Shown here: positions 51,601 through 64,000 of the stretch, piece by piece
Layout: each line of letters begins with the position of its first letter
How positions within the stretch are numbered: the stretch's first letter is position 1
Assembly: GCA_951406725.2 (NCBI GenBank)
Contig: OX597817.1
Location: forward strand, 60,016,001-60,080,000
Length of the DNA stretch: 64,000 nt
Reading direction: 5' to 3'
Source of the DNA: Octopus vulgaris
Lineage: Eukaryota
Made by a program: the position numbers and the translations under genes
The notes under the pieces: model-generated
The model's input: the letters and a program-made list of their open reading frames with translations, nothing else
Database searches by the model: none
What the model was told of the DNA's origin: nothing

Positions 51601-52164
51601 TGGGGAATCAAAACTGGGTCACAGACTCCATACTGTCAAACCATTTTCTTCCCTCTTTTTTTTTTTTGTATAGAAATCAGCACTATTGTTGAGCAACTCT
51701 GACATGCAATTCCAAGCACCACCAAAATAAATAAATCAATAAAATACAAAGGAAGAACATGTGAGGCTAAGGAATGGTTAGGAAGAAGAAGAAGAGGGGA
51801 AAGAAACGAAAATGTTAATAGAAGAGGATGATTAGGATTGTGAGCTTTGAGAGAGAATAAGAGATTGGAATGGTTTAGATAAGGGGTCATTTGTTGGGGA
51901 AGGGTTGGAAGATTTCTTCTCCAAAGAAGAAACCCACACCACCAAATACTAATTCTTTTCAGGGTACAGCACCATATCTAACACACACACACAATTTTTA
52001 AAACTAATTTTTGCTGACAGAGGCCCCACAAACCAAACCTTTCTAAAGAATACATTTTAAGGGAGACGGGGACTGGCTGGATATAGTGCCATGTTTGAGA
52101 GAAAATACCCAAGAACTGTTGTGCTATAAAGTCAACCACATTCACACACACACACACACACTCT

Positions 52165-52570
52165 TTACTCTTTTTACTCTTTTACTTGTTTCAATCATTT
52201 GACTGTGGCCATGCTGGAGCACCGCCTTTAGTTGAGCAAATCGACCCCGGGATTTATTCTTTGTAAGCCCAGTACTTATTCTATTGGTCTCTTTTGCCGA
52301 ACCGCTAAGTGACAGGGACGTAAACACACCAGCATCGGTTGTCAAGCAATGCTAGGGGGACAAACACAGACACACAAACACATACACACACATATATATA
52401 CATATATATGACAGGCTTCTTTCAGTTTCCGTCTACCAAATCCACTCACAAGGCATTGGTCGGCCCAGGGCTATAGCAGAAGACACTTGCCCAAGATGCC
52501 ACGTAGTGGGACTGAACCCAGAACCATGTGGTTGGTTAGCAAGCTACTTACCACACAGCCACTCCTGCAC
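52165..52570 (-). mobile_element. SINE family A, full-length young copy
   Basis: Near-identical reverse complement of 6198-6620, with a (TTTTACTC)n tail. Confidence 0.85.
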
Positions 52571-55500
52571 ATTATATAAATATGTACAAATATCTATTTG
52601 TACTGCTTTCTTAAGAGAGAGAGAGAGGTGGGGGTGTTAGCCTGAGCATATACAGCATGTACCATATCTGCAAAGACTATCCAGACAAAAATATTAAATA
52701 TCGCAACTACGAATAAGTTTAAAACGTGAGGCTTACAGCATTTTCTTGACTCAAGTAAAACGCCATCTCAAAAACTATAAAGCAACCACAGCTTCTTGTA
52801 ACTAAAATTCAAGAATATGTTTTGTACAGAAATTTAAGGAATGGTACCCTGCAGTTTTGATCCTGTTTTGTATTCAATTTCTGGTAGACATGGGGAGTAA
52901 ATATAAATAAAGTGTACAAGAGAAGCAATGCACACACACACACACAGAGTCAGATACAGCATACAACACACACACATACATACTATACACAGGACAGTAC
53001 ACATACAAGGCACAACACACAACACATGCACCTCACACCTGATACACACACACATAAATATATGTGTGTGCGTGTGCTTTTATTCTCTCATAAGAGACCA
53101 ATGTAACTCAGTGTTGGCCAGTGTTGTACCATGATGGATGACCGACCCAAAATGTCAGGAATTAGAAACAACTTCCTCTCTGCTCCCTCATAATAACTAT
53201 TGACCCATTTGGTAGAAATTAATTCCCTAAATCTTGCACCCCCACCATCACTTCCTCCTCCACCACCTCTTCCCCTACTTCCGATGGCTGTTGTGAAAAG
53301 GCAACCCAGAGATGACCTGATAAATAAATAATTTGTTTAGTCTTTTCTCAACCCTTTTCATACCAAACCACCCAAGACTGTCTCTGCTTCTTTGAAACAA
53401 ACTGGTTCTTTTAAAGTGATTTAGACTAAAACATTCCATTGAAATTTGCTGCTAGTTTTAAGTTCCATACATCAGCTTAATCATGACAAAACCGTTTTAT
53501 TGAATTCTTCATTATTTTTTAAAGTAATTTTAACTGAAATCTGGTAATGAAAGAGTCAACAAAATCAAGCTGAGAGAATGAAACAATGAAATGAAGAAAA
53601 AAGAATAGGAAAAGAGAAAAGATAGGAAAGAAAAGGAAAAAAAATGAAATGATTTTAGAAAAGCTAATAGATAAAGAATTGGTAAAATGTTGGAGATAGA
53701 AGAAGATAAAATGAAGATGAAGAGAAACTGGATGGTATTAGAATGTTAAAAATAAACAATATTGGAGAGAAAAAAAAATCAGAGGAGAAAGTTATAAACT
53801 AAGATAAACGATTAAGAAAGTGATTTGCAATCACGTGATTTCAGGTTCAGTTCCAGAGTGTGACACCTTGGATAAGAATCTACTTACAGCCCTGGGTCAA
53901 CCAATGTTTTGTGAATGAATGAATTTAGTAGATGGAAACTGTGTGGAATGCATTGACCCCTATTTAATTTTTGTTTTAATCCTATCAATCTCTTTAACCA
54001 AACTGCTAAGTTATGGGGACAAAAACAAACCAACAAATATGGCCAAGTGATGGTTAGTAGTGGGGGCAAACACACACATGCACAGACGATGGATTTCTTT
54101 TAGCTTCTTTTAGTTTCCATCTACCAAATCCACTCACAAGGCTTTGGTGAACCTAGGGCTATAGTAGAAGATACTTGCCCAAGGTGTCACTCAGTAGGGC
54201 TGAATCTGATTCCATGTGGATGGGAAGCAAGATTCTTACCATAGAGCTACACCAGTGCATATCCTTAACATAATTCTCAGACACAGCATGACGCAGCATG
54301 CAACAAGGGAGAATCCACCCGAATGGCTTCTTATACAATTTTACTCCTACCTCTAAACCTCTCACAAGACATGAAGTGACCTGAAGTTACAGAAACGGAC
54401 ATTTGCTCAAGATAACATCTGGCAGTTGACTTAAACACACAGCATTGTGATGGCTAAGTAACCTTCTTAACAATTTGGTCATATTTGACGAACTTTTCAA
54501 AGTAATGTTCCTTAAAAAAACAATTTCATTGTTGTAATATTTCTTTAGAGACCACCTCAAAGAATCAAAGCCAGAAGAGAGGCTTTTTTTTTTGTTCCTG
54601 AATGGGAGGCAGGTAGAGAGGGTGTGTGTGAGAAGAAAATCTAAGACAATAAGACAAAAAGAAGAAAAAACTGAAGTGAGGTCAGAAGAGGTTTTCAAGA
54701 AATTAAACAAGTAAAGGTCGAGTGGTACAAATTGAGTTGATTGATGATTAGTGATTAATCATCAAAGAATTCTCAGACAATGGTAAATGGTAAGTTGTAA
54801 GTTCTTCCTGAAGCAAAAAACAAACACCATAATAAACTCTGGTTTAATAAAAGAACCATGATCATCACCTCCACCACCACCACCACCATTTTAATGTTTA
54901 TTTTCCATGCTGGTGTGGGTTGGCTAGGTCTACAATATTATAACAGCCTGTATTGTATTTGTAGTATGACACCATATCCCTTTCTAAAAACACTTAAATC
55001 TAAGAGGCCCAGATCACAAACCATTAAATAGGTACCACGAGCAGTAGTCACCGTTGTAAACAGTAGTAGCACTGTGTAATTGAAGAATGTTTTATTTAGC
55101 AAATGGAAACTGAAAGAAGCCTGTTTAGACATGATTATAAGCACAGGCATGGCTATGTAGGTAAGAAGTCCGCTTCCCAATCATGTGGTTTCAGGTTCAG
55201 TCCCATTGTGTGGCACCTTGGTCAAGCATCTACTATTACAAACCTCGTGAGCGAATTTGCTTGATGGAAACTGCCAAGGAAATGTATATGTGAGAGAAAG
55301 TGCTCATGCACCCGAGAAAGAAAGGGACACACACACGATGGATGTGACACCTGGAATGGGCTGCACTAGCACTTTGGTGGTACTCATTTCAGTAGTGTAT
55401 ACTGAGAAATGAAGTGCCTTGCTGAAGGATACAATGTACCACCTAGCCCAGGAATCAAACCCACCACCACATGACCATAAGCTACCTGTCTTCCCCACCC

Positions 55501-55924
55501 TGTCTTCTCTACCCCCTTTATGAATATACGTTCCTTTGTTTTATGCCTAATTACATGAGTGCAGGTCAAATCAAGTTTCTTATCTGTCCATCATAGTTCA
55601 ATGAAACCCCATTTATTAAAACAGGGCATGTTTGTTGAGTTTCAACAGGAGACAGAGTCTATTGTTCCAGCTCCTAGAAACACAATCTAAACCAAACAGA
55701 AACCATTGAGGTTTCTATATTCAAAGCAGTTTGGATTCTTTTGATTTTTCTCTTTTCCTGGCTGACATTAAAAATGACTGAGGAATCAAAGGACAGTTTC
55801 TTTGCTTTCATTTATTTAATGTATTTGCTTTGTTTAAACAATTATCTCGATAATTATTTTGTTTTTTCTTTATTTCATTACCACACACACACACACACAC
55901 AATCCTATTGTAGTAATGTCTAGA

Positions 55925-56300
55925 GGGACAGGCATGGCTGTGTGGTTAAGAAGCTTGCTTCCCAACCATGTGGTCTTGGGTTCAGTTCTACTGTACAGCA
56001 CCCTTGGATAAGTGTCTTTTACTGTAGCTCTGGGTTGAACTAAGCCTCATGAGTGTGAATTTGGTAAATGGAAACTGTGTGGAAGTCCATCATATACTCT
56101 TTTACTTTCAATCATTTGAATGCGGCCATGCTGGAGCACCGCCTTTAGTTGAGCAAATCGACCCCAGGACTTATTCTTTGTAAGCCTAGTACTTATTCTA
56201 TTGGTCTCTTTTGCTGAACTGTTAAGTTATGGGGATGTAAACACACCAGCATCAGCTGTCAAGTGATGTTGGTGGGACAAACACAGACACATATACACAT

Positions 56301-56352
<52 letters not shown>

Positions 56353-56512
56353 AGCTTCTTTCAGTTTCTGTCTACCAAATCCACTCATAAGGTTTTGGTT
56401 GGCCCAAGACTATAGTAGAAGACACTTGCCCAAGGTGCCACGCAGTGGGACTGAACCTGGAACAATGTGGTTGGTAAGCAAGCTACTTACCACACAGCCA
56501 CTCCTGCGCCTA
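55925..56512. mobile_element. Family A SINE head (55925-56092 +) facing a full copy (56098-56512 -)
   Basis: Family A motifs in opposite orientations. Confidence 0.78.
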
Positions 56513-56879
56513 TGTATGTGAGAGTGTAATATAAAACAAGGTATAAATAATGGTTGTTACATAATTTTCTTTATAGCAGTAAATTTGAGTAACAGCTCTT
56601 TCTAGAAACCATTACAGGTTCATTATTGATAGGTTTACTCAGTTGGTCCAGTGGCTGGTTGGAAAAAATTGAATGACTTAAAAAGTTAATGCCACTTTCG
56701 TCAGAGTCATTTCAGGTTACAGTATAGAGTGGTGATGAACCATAACCTTGGACCCTGCCTCAAGAATATGCAGAGTTCTTTACTAATCCAAACAATATTG
56801 TCAGTCTGGTGTACAAACAGACAACTTATAAAGTATTTTGCCTGGACTGATAATCCTTCACTAATAATTCTGTTTGAAT

Positions 56880-57066
56880 CATCATCATCATCGTTTAATG
56901 TCTGCTTTCCATGCTAGCATGGGTTGGACGATTTGACTGAGGACTGGCAAACCAAATGGCTGTACCAGGCTCCAATCTGATCTGGTGCAGTCATCTGGTT
57001 CGCCAGTGCTCAGTCAAATCATCCAACCCATGCTAGCATGGAAAGCGGATGTTAAACGATGATGAA
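56880..57066. repeat. Fold-back of two RTE-tail 3' ends (~85-bp arms)
   Basis: 56880-56968 pairs with 56982-57066. Confidence 0.8.
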
Positions 57067-57149
57067 CATGATGATGATTTAAAGAGAATTATTAGTAAAT
57101 ATATGTATATATGTGTGTGTATGTATGTATATATCTATATATATATATA

Positions 57150-57440
57150 TATATATATTTTACATGTAATTATTTACCCTATGTATTTATAAACTCTTTG
57201 ATTTAAGGTTTTCTTCAATTTTATAATAAGATGATTTTATACCGATAATTGTTCATTGCATGCTACTGGTCATTGTAAAGGCCATTAGTTGAAAGGACTA
57301 ATGAAACAAAACCATTAAACTTACTGTATATATTTGCTTATAACCTTGTTTCTGTTCCATTCTAAACAAAACTGTCAGAAGAATGGGAACATAAGACTCT
57401 GAGTAACAGTTTTTGTGATAATTTAGCTGCTTTTCACTGA
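57150..57440 (+). mobile_element. Decayed Penelope-like remnant with a dead hammerhead motif
   Basis: AAAACTGT-CAGAAGA-ATGGGAACAT-AAGAC-TCTGA-GTA-ACAGTTTTT at 57368-57414 is homologous to 42258-42313 with both core boxes mutated. Flanked by (TA)n. Confidence 0.55.
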
Positions 57441-57443
57441 AGA

Positions 57444-57493
<50 letters not shown>

Positions 57494-60400
57494 TAAAGAG
57501 ATGAGACTGCCTTTGGTCATAACTGACCATGGGAATGCACCTAGAAAGTTACCCTCCCAGGCATAAGTCCAGGCAAGTTTGTTTATGGAAGACCAGCAGT
57601 CGCCCATGCATACCAGCCTCCCTTTTCCTTGCCACCAGTGTTATCCAAGGGAAAGGCAAGGGCCAATACAGCTTGGCACCTGTGATGTCACAACTCATTT
57701 CTACAGCTGAGTGAACTGGAGTAATGTGAAATAAAGTGTCTTGCTCAAGAACACAACACACACCCCAGTCTGGTATTCGAACTCACAACCTCACAAACTT
57801 AAGCTCGACGCTCTAACCACTGAGATAGATAGATATCATGTACTGTTCTGCAATTGGTAGGATCAACAAGAAAAGTACTCCATACAGTAAGAGATAAAAA
57901 TCATTTAATAAACACAGGATTTAAACATGACCTACTGTAAGTTTCATGTTCAGATACTATAATAATCAGATGAGCTTGTATAGCATACCATTTACTATGC
58001 TGCAATTTTTCAAGTTAAAAAAAAATTCATATGAAAAAAACTAAAGATGGACCTTTCATCTTTTCAGGATCAATAAAATAAAGTAGCAGTCATGTACTAG
58101 GGTTGATGGTATCAACTAATCTCCACCCCTCAAAATTGCTGCTCTCGGGCCGAAATAGGAAACTTTATTATTGTCTTTATTGTTATGATAATTATTGATC
58201 AGTTGACCATTGCAGTTGATGTAATTGACTTACCCATTTTTCCCAAACTTGCTGGCCTTGTGCTAAAATTTGAAATCATCATCATTATTATTAGAGTTTG
58301 AGGTTTCACTGGTGATACATTCCTCAAGCAATAATGTTTGATGTGCTAAAGTAGGGATCTCTATATGGGGTGGGATGGGGTGGGGCTGGGTGGGTGCATG
58401 TGGTGGTGGTCAACATGAATTATCAGAAATAGCAACTGAATCATCCAGAAATTATACTCTACCATCTTAAATGAAGAAGGACACATAGTACAATGTAGTC
58501 CTTGATATATGATGCTTAAGAGAAGGAGGGAATATTACAAGATAGAAGTATTCAACAAGTAAAGAACTCAAGAGGATGAAAAAATTTAAGGTTTTCTTTG
58601 ATGAGTTGGTTCCGTCACTTTAGATATTCTGAAGTACTTTCTTAAGTCTGGCACTTTTCTATTCTTGTGGGAATCATAGAGGGTGCTCTAAATATACTTT
58701 ATCTGTCAGTGATTCTTACCACACACTTGACCGTTTAGTTTATATAAAAATATAGATACAATGTTGGGCAACATGCTGTGTTTGAGAAGATCTGTTGAGT
58801 CAAGTGAAATTGTTGTCGTAGCTGATGCCAGTGCCACCAAGCTGGCACCCATGGCGGAAGCAGGTAAAAAGCACCCACTACACTCTCGGAGTGGTTGGCA
58901 TTAGGAAGGGCATCCACCTGTAGAAACCTTGCCAGGACAGATTGGGGTCTGGTGCAGCCTCCTGGTTTGCCAATCCTCAGTCAAACCGTTCAACCCATGC
59001 CAACATGGAAGGTGGACATTAAAAGATGATGATGATGAATGTCATAACCAAATAGCTGTTGTCATCATCATCAACATTTTTTCTTCTTCTTGTTTTTTAT
59101 GACAGTCTGTCCAGGGTACTGTGAATTGGAAGGATCAAGAATTCAGCACACAATAAACGCTCAATCTAAGGCTGGCAGAATTGTTAGTAATGTCGGTCAA
59201 AATGCTTAGTGATATTTCTTCTGGTTCTTTATGTTCTGAGTTCAAATCCCATCAGTGTTCCCTTTGCCTTACAACACTTTGAGGTCAACAACAAAAAAAC
59301 AAAACAAAACAAAAACAAACCAGTCAAGTACCAGGATCAGTGTAATCAACTTGTCCCTTCCCCTCAAAATTGTTGGCCTTGAACCCTGCAGTGGACTAAT
59401 GTCACATTGAGGGAGAATATTGTGTTGTTAGTCACTTAAACCCATAGAAACCAGGTAATCAACCTTATGAGTTCCGAGGGGGAGGGGGTCAAGAAAAATC
59501 CCTCTAATGGACTAATAGGGTGGAAGGTATGCTTGTTACATATTGTTAAATTGAAGGTAACAGAATCTACAAGACATCTCTCTCTCTCTCTCTCATTCAC
59601 ACACACACACACACCCTTTCTTACCTGCTCATTCTTTACTATCTTCACAATGAGTGAAAATATCAATATCATCAGCTCACTCCATCATCATCATCGTCGT
59701 TTAACATCCGCTTTCCATAATGGTATGGGTTGGACGGTTTGACTTAGGGCTGGCAACCCAGAAGGCTGCACCAGGTTCCAATCTGAACTGGCAAAGTTTC
59801 TACAGCCAGCTGGATGCCCTTTCTAATGCCAACCACTTCGAGAGTGTAGTGGGTGCTTTTTACATGCCACAGGCAAGCGGGCCAGTCAGGTGGTACTGGC
59901 ATTGACCATGCTTGAATGGTGCTTTTTACCAGCACAGGTGCCAATCAGGTGGTACTGTCATCGGCCAAGACAATGACTTCACTTAGTATACCTTAGTAGC
60001 AGGATCCATCGTCATCACCATCATTTAACATCGATTGTTTCCATGCTTGCATGGATCAGATGAAATCTGTCGTGGCAGATTTTCTACAGCCGGATACCCT
60101 TCCTGTTGCCAACCTTCAATTTACAAGCAAGCTAATAGTTCCCCAGGACCAGAAATGTTTCTCACAGAAACCTGTTGCATGTGTGTGTGTATATATATGT
60201 ATGATGGGCTTCTTTCAGTTTCTGCCAATCAAATCTACTCACAAGACATTGGTCAGACAGGGGCTATAGTAAAAGTCATTTACACAAGGTGCCATGTGGT
60301 GGGACTGAGCCCAAACTCACACGGCTGCAAAAGCAAGCTTCTTAACCACACAGCCATGCCTGCACCTATTCATTTTCCCACCAACGTCTATTTATTCATT

Positions 60401-60879
60401 TTGCATATTTATCCATTTCTCTCTCTTTTTGCGTCTGCTGCAGACTGTTCTATATTTATTACATGCCCCATGACACACATCCTACTTCAACTCATTTTTT
60501 GTTCATGATTAAAATCTTTGGCAAAACCCAAGACAGACCGGAATCAAGATTTCTCTTTTCTTCTTTTGTAATGAAGTTCTTGTGCAAAATTACTTCACTG
60601 CAGAGTATCAGAGGTGAAACAGCCTCCTGCTACTTCAGTTCTCTCTCCTCCAGGGACTTGTCTTTGTTTTGTTTTTGTTAATTTTATGTTATTACTTACT
60701 TTGTTGTTGTGGTGGTGGTGGTGGTGCCACTGTTTTTATTATTTTTGCTAAGGAAGTTGTTAGCTATTTCCTTCATTATTGCAAAGAATAACTACTATGA
60801 AAAAGTAGACAGCACTACTTGAGAAAGCATTTTATAAGTTGAGTATTTTAATGACAATGACAATAACAACAACAACAAC

Positions 60880-60922
<43 letters not shown>

Positions 60923-61069
60923 GTCAATCCCGTCAATTTTGATGGATGAGTGTTTGAAGGAAAGATACAAAAAAAAAAGTTTAAGAATAACAAAGCTGCA
61001 TCTAGTTGCAATGGATACCAAAATGTAATTTGAGGACAATGATGATTTTGATAATAATAATAATCCTTT

Positions 61070-61280
61070 CTACTATAGGCACAAGGCCCGAAATTTTGGG
61101 GGAGGGGAGCCAGTTGATTACATCGACCCCAGTTCACAACTGGTACTTAATTTATCAACCTCAAAAGGATGAAAGGCAAAGATGACCTCGGCGGAATTTG
61201 AATACAGAACGTAAGGACAGATGAAATATCGCTAAGTATTTCGCCCAGTGTACTAACGATTCTGCAAGTTCACTGCCTTG
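61070..61280 (-). mobile_element. SINE family B (Meta-domain-like)
   Basis: Reverse complement of the 8145 family. Other copies at about 21078-21270, 34070-34280, 40720-40920, 49730-49945, 59170-59385 and 62620-62840. Confidence 0.78.
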
Positions 61281-61353
61281 ATGATGATAATGATGATGGT
61301 GGTGGCAGTGATAGTGATGATGATGATGATAATAATAATGATAATAATAATAA

Positions 61354-61775
61354 CCTACCAAAAACTGAGCAAGTATAAAGATCTTGAAATAGAAATCAGC
61401 AAAATGTGGAACCTGAAGACTAAAACAATACCAGTTGTCATAGGTGCCCTAGGAATGATAGCAAAAAGGGCTGATTGCTACCTAGCTCAGATACCAGGAA
61501 ACCCCAAAATGGCAGAAATTCAAAAGATAGTGCTCATGGGAACTGCCCATATCCTATGTAAAATACTGTCTATGTAATCTCAAATTTTAAAACAAACATA
61601 ATTTTCTTATAGTTTCTTAAACATTCTCTAGAACAACACTATGTACAGAACCAAATATATGGCACCCTAGGCATAATGCCAACATGAACTTCTAACTTGT
61701 TGTCTCTTGAGGCCTCTGGATGACACTTGGAACCAACTTGTACAAATGCAAAGCAAAAGGCAAACATAAAATAAT
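61354..61775 (+). mobile_element. R4/Dong-clade LINE 3' stub (restriction-like endonuclease C-terminus and 3' UTR) in (TAA)n
   Basis: YQKLSKYKDLEIEISKMWNLKTKTIPVVIGALG...IQKIVLMGTAHILCKILSM*. TAA repeats on both sides. Confidence 0.85.
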
Positions 61776-61789
61776 AACAACAGTGTAAC

Positions 61790-62045
61790 ATAACTGACCA
61801 GATATCTTTTTCCTACTGAAGGAGTCCAAAGAATGGACCTGCATCAACATAGCTAAATGACCAAAATATTGTTAAGACAGAGGATGAGAAAGTTGGGAAA
61901 TATCAAGGGTTAGGATTGGAAGTGAAAAAGAATCCATAGAGCCTCAAAAGTGAGTGTGGTACCAACTTGGAACAGTTCATGGGTTGAGGAAAGTGTTGTA
62001 TCTCGAAGCTGTGGGATGGAGTTGAGCTGTGACAGACAGATAAAC
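61790..62045 (+). mobile_element. Second, diverged R4/Dong-like endonuclease stub
   Basis: Degenerate N*PDIFFL.KE...INIA..DQNIVKTEDEKVGKYQGL.LEV, the PD-(D/E)xK region. Confidence 0.55.
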
Positions 62046-62071
62046 CATTTAGGAGAATAATAATAATAATG

Positions 62072-62107
<36 letters not shown>

Positions 62108-62118
62108 ATAATAATAAT

Positions 62119-62412
62119 GATATAGGAAGAATTTGGTGCATGCGAATGATAGAGGTCATACTTATAATAATTGGTGCACTGGGAAGAGTAAGCAAAGGTG
62201 TTGACAAATGGTCGAAGGAGATTGAAATAGAATGCCTGGTAGAGTTCCTACAAAAAGTTTGTCTCTTAGGGACAGCGATGATTATCAGGAAGGTTCTAAG
62301 TACTTGAAAGTCTGCTGAAAACTTGTAGATACTTAAGGTTACAGGTAGTAACCCGTTACCCACATAATCCCTGCCTGGAATAAGACCAGACCTGAGACAA
62401 ACCAAAATAATA
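62119..62412 (+). mobile_element. Third R4/Dong-like 3' stub, different subfamily
   Basis: DIGRIWCMRMIEVILIIIGALGRVSKG...LQKVCLLGTAMIIRKVLST*. Flanked by TAA repeats. Confidence 0.75.
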
Positions 62413-64000
62413 ATTCTTTGTAATTTTTGGTACAAGGCCAGCAATTTTGAAGGGAAAAGTTGAGTGCATCAACACCAGTTCTCAACTGGTTCTCATTTTC
62501 ATCAAGGATGGAAGGATGAATAACATAGTCAACCTTGGTGGTTTCAGAGGGCAGATTGTAACGCCAAGAAAAATACTGCTAAACATTGCCAAAAGTGCTA
62601 GTTTGTCACCCTAATAATAAAGGTTTCAAATTTAGGCACAAGGCCAGCAATTTTGAGGGAGGCGTCTATTTGATTACATCAAGCTCAGTGATCAACTGGT
62701 ACTTATTTTGTTGACCCCTAAAAGGATGAAAAGCAAAGTCGACTTTGGCAGAATTTGAACTCGGAACACAAAGATGGATCAAATGCCACTCTGCATTCTG
62801 TCTGGTGTACTAACAATTCTCTCAGATTACCACCATAATGATAAAAATAATGATATTATAATCGTTAGGTAGAATCAGAGTACCACCAATTATTGAACCA
62901 CAGGTATGGCCACAGCAAACCAGACTGCCATGTATTTTTTTTCATTTGTATGGGTTTGGTTGACCTAAATGAGAGGGAGAGAGATGGAGAGAGAGGGAGA
63001 GGGAGAGTGAGAGAGAGGGAGAGTGAGAGAGAGCAAGAGGGAGAGAAAGGGAGGGGGAGAGGGAGAGAGAGAGAATGTTTATTGGTATAGATTTGTATCA
63101 TCAAAAATGCATTGTCATGTTTGTGTCATGTTGATTTACTGATAAACATGCCTTTGCATTCTCAATATCTTATTGCAATTACAGCGACATCTTAAACCCT
63201 AATCTGACCATACATGCAGATATATATATATATTGATACACATATATGTACGTGTGTTTGTGTGTTCAAACTAATGCCTTTATTTATCTCTCTTCAGTAA
63301 ATCTATAATTGCATGTGTGCGTGTGTTTACGTATGCAGTTGTTATGATTCTGCAATTAAATACTGCACCAGAAAATTGGCCTTGTAATATTACATCTTCC
63401 TTTCATTATGTATTCTGTGTTATATGATCAAAACAGTTTAGTTAATTATTTAATTTGAAAGTGTAAGATGGCTTATTGTGTTGTGGTAATTACATTGAGG
63501 TAAATAACAAAGGAGACGTAGGTTCGATTCCCACTGGATTACCACTTTCAATCAATTACAGTTTGGATCTGAATATCTGCAAAATAACACTACTTAAAAG
63601 ATGCTACACATACACACACTTATGTCTTGGGCATAAAGGCACATTCAACATTGCAAAAAAATTTTTTAAATACAATAATAAAAACATGAAAATCTGACCC
63701 TGTTGTAACTTAATTTAACTGGCACATAAAAAGCAGCATTCAAGTGCCACCAATGCCAGTGCCACCTGACTGGCTCCCTTGTGGTGGCACATAAAAAGCA
63801 CCATTTGAGCGTGGTCGATGCCAGTGTCACCTGACTAGCCTCCCCGTGCTGTGACACATAAAAAGCACCCACTACACTCTCAGAGTGGTTGGCATTAGTA
63901 AAGACATCCAGCTGTAGAAACCTTGCCAGATCAGATTGGAGCCTGGTGCAGCCTCCTGGCTTGCCAGTCCTCAGTCAAACCGTCTAACTTATGCCAGCAT

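Noticed and set aside
57925-57985. Possible further hammerhead on minus (CTGATTA...GAAACTTACAGTA)
   Set aside because: The core is mutated and I cannot form stem I or stem II. Too decayed to call.
60035-60508. 157-aa ORF, the longest in the window
   Set aside because: It runs through RTE-tail and SINE family A sequence, so it is a chance open frame.
63510-63545. tRNA T-arm-like GGTTCGATTCCC
   Set aside because: No D arm, anticodon arm or acceptor stem.

Overview
Repeat-dense eukaryotic DNA, most likely from an octopus. That assignment is inferred from tRNA-derived SINE families, abundant RTE-LINE 3' ends with (GAT)n tails and heavy (CA)n/(TA)n/(TAA)n microsatellite load. The only host gene I can support is on the minus strand in the first 11.5 kb. 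Six phase-compatible GT-AG coding exons (11473-11308, 10127-10062, 8762-8596, 7090-6889, 4569-4418, 2365-2339; 780 nt, 260 codons) encode the N-terminus of an ARHGAP18/28/40 (conundrum-like) Rho GTPase-activating protein. Its GAP domain lies beyond the left edge. The remaining ~52 kb upstream is 5'-UTR intron or intergenic sequence filled with SINEs, RTE and R4/Dong LINE stubs, a maT (DD37D) transposon, a mariner fragment, MITEs and Penelope-like remnants; a solo LTR sits in a coding-region intron. Most notable: (1) the splice acceptor of coding exon 3 is tandemly amplified into 8 upstream decoy copies, all out of frame; (2) there are three unrelated families of type I hammerhead ribozyme motifs next to (TA)n tracts, and the copies in the gene's sense orientation are the damaged ones; (3) several long fold-back palindromes; (4) a 27-nt microexon; (5) two near-perfect RFX X-boxes; (6) a tRNA-Glu-body pseudogene with a TCC anticodon. 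Family names are from recalled motifs, not database searches.
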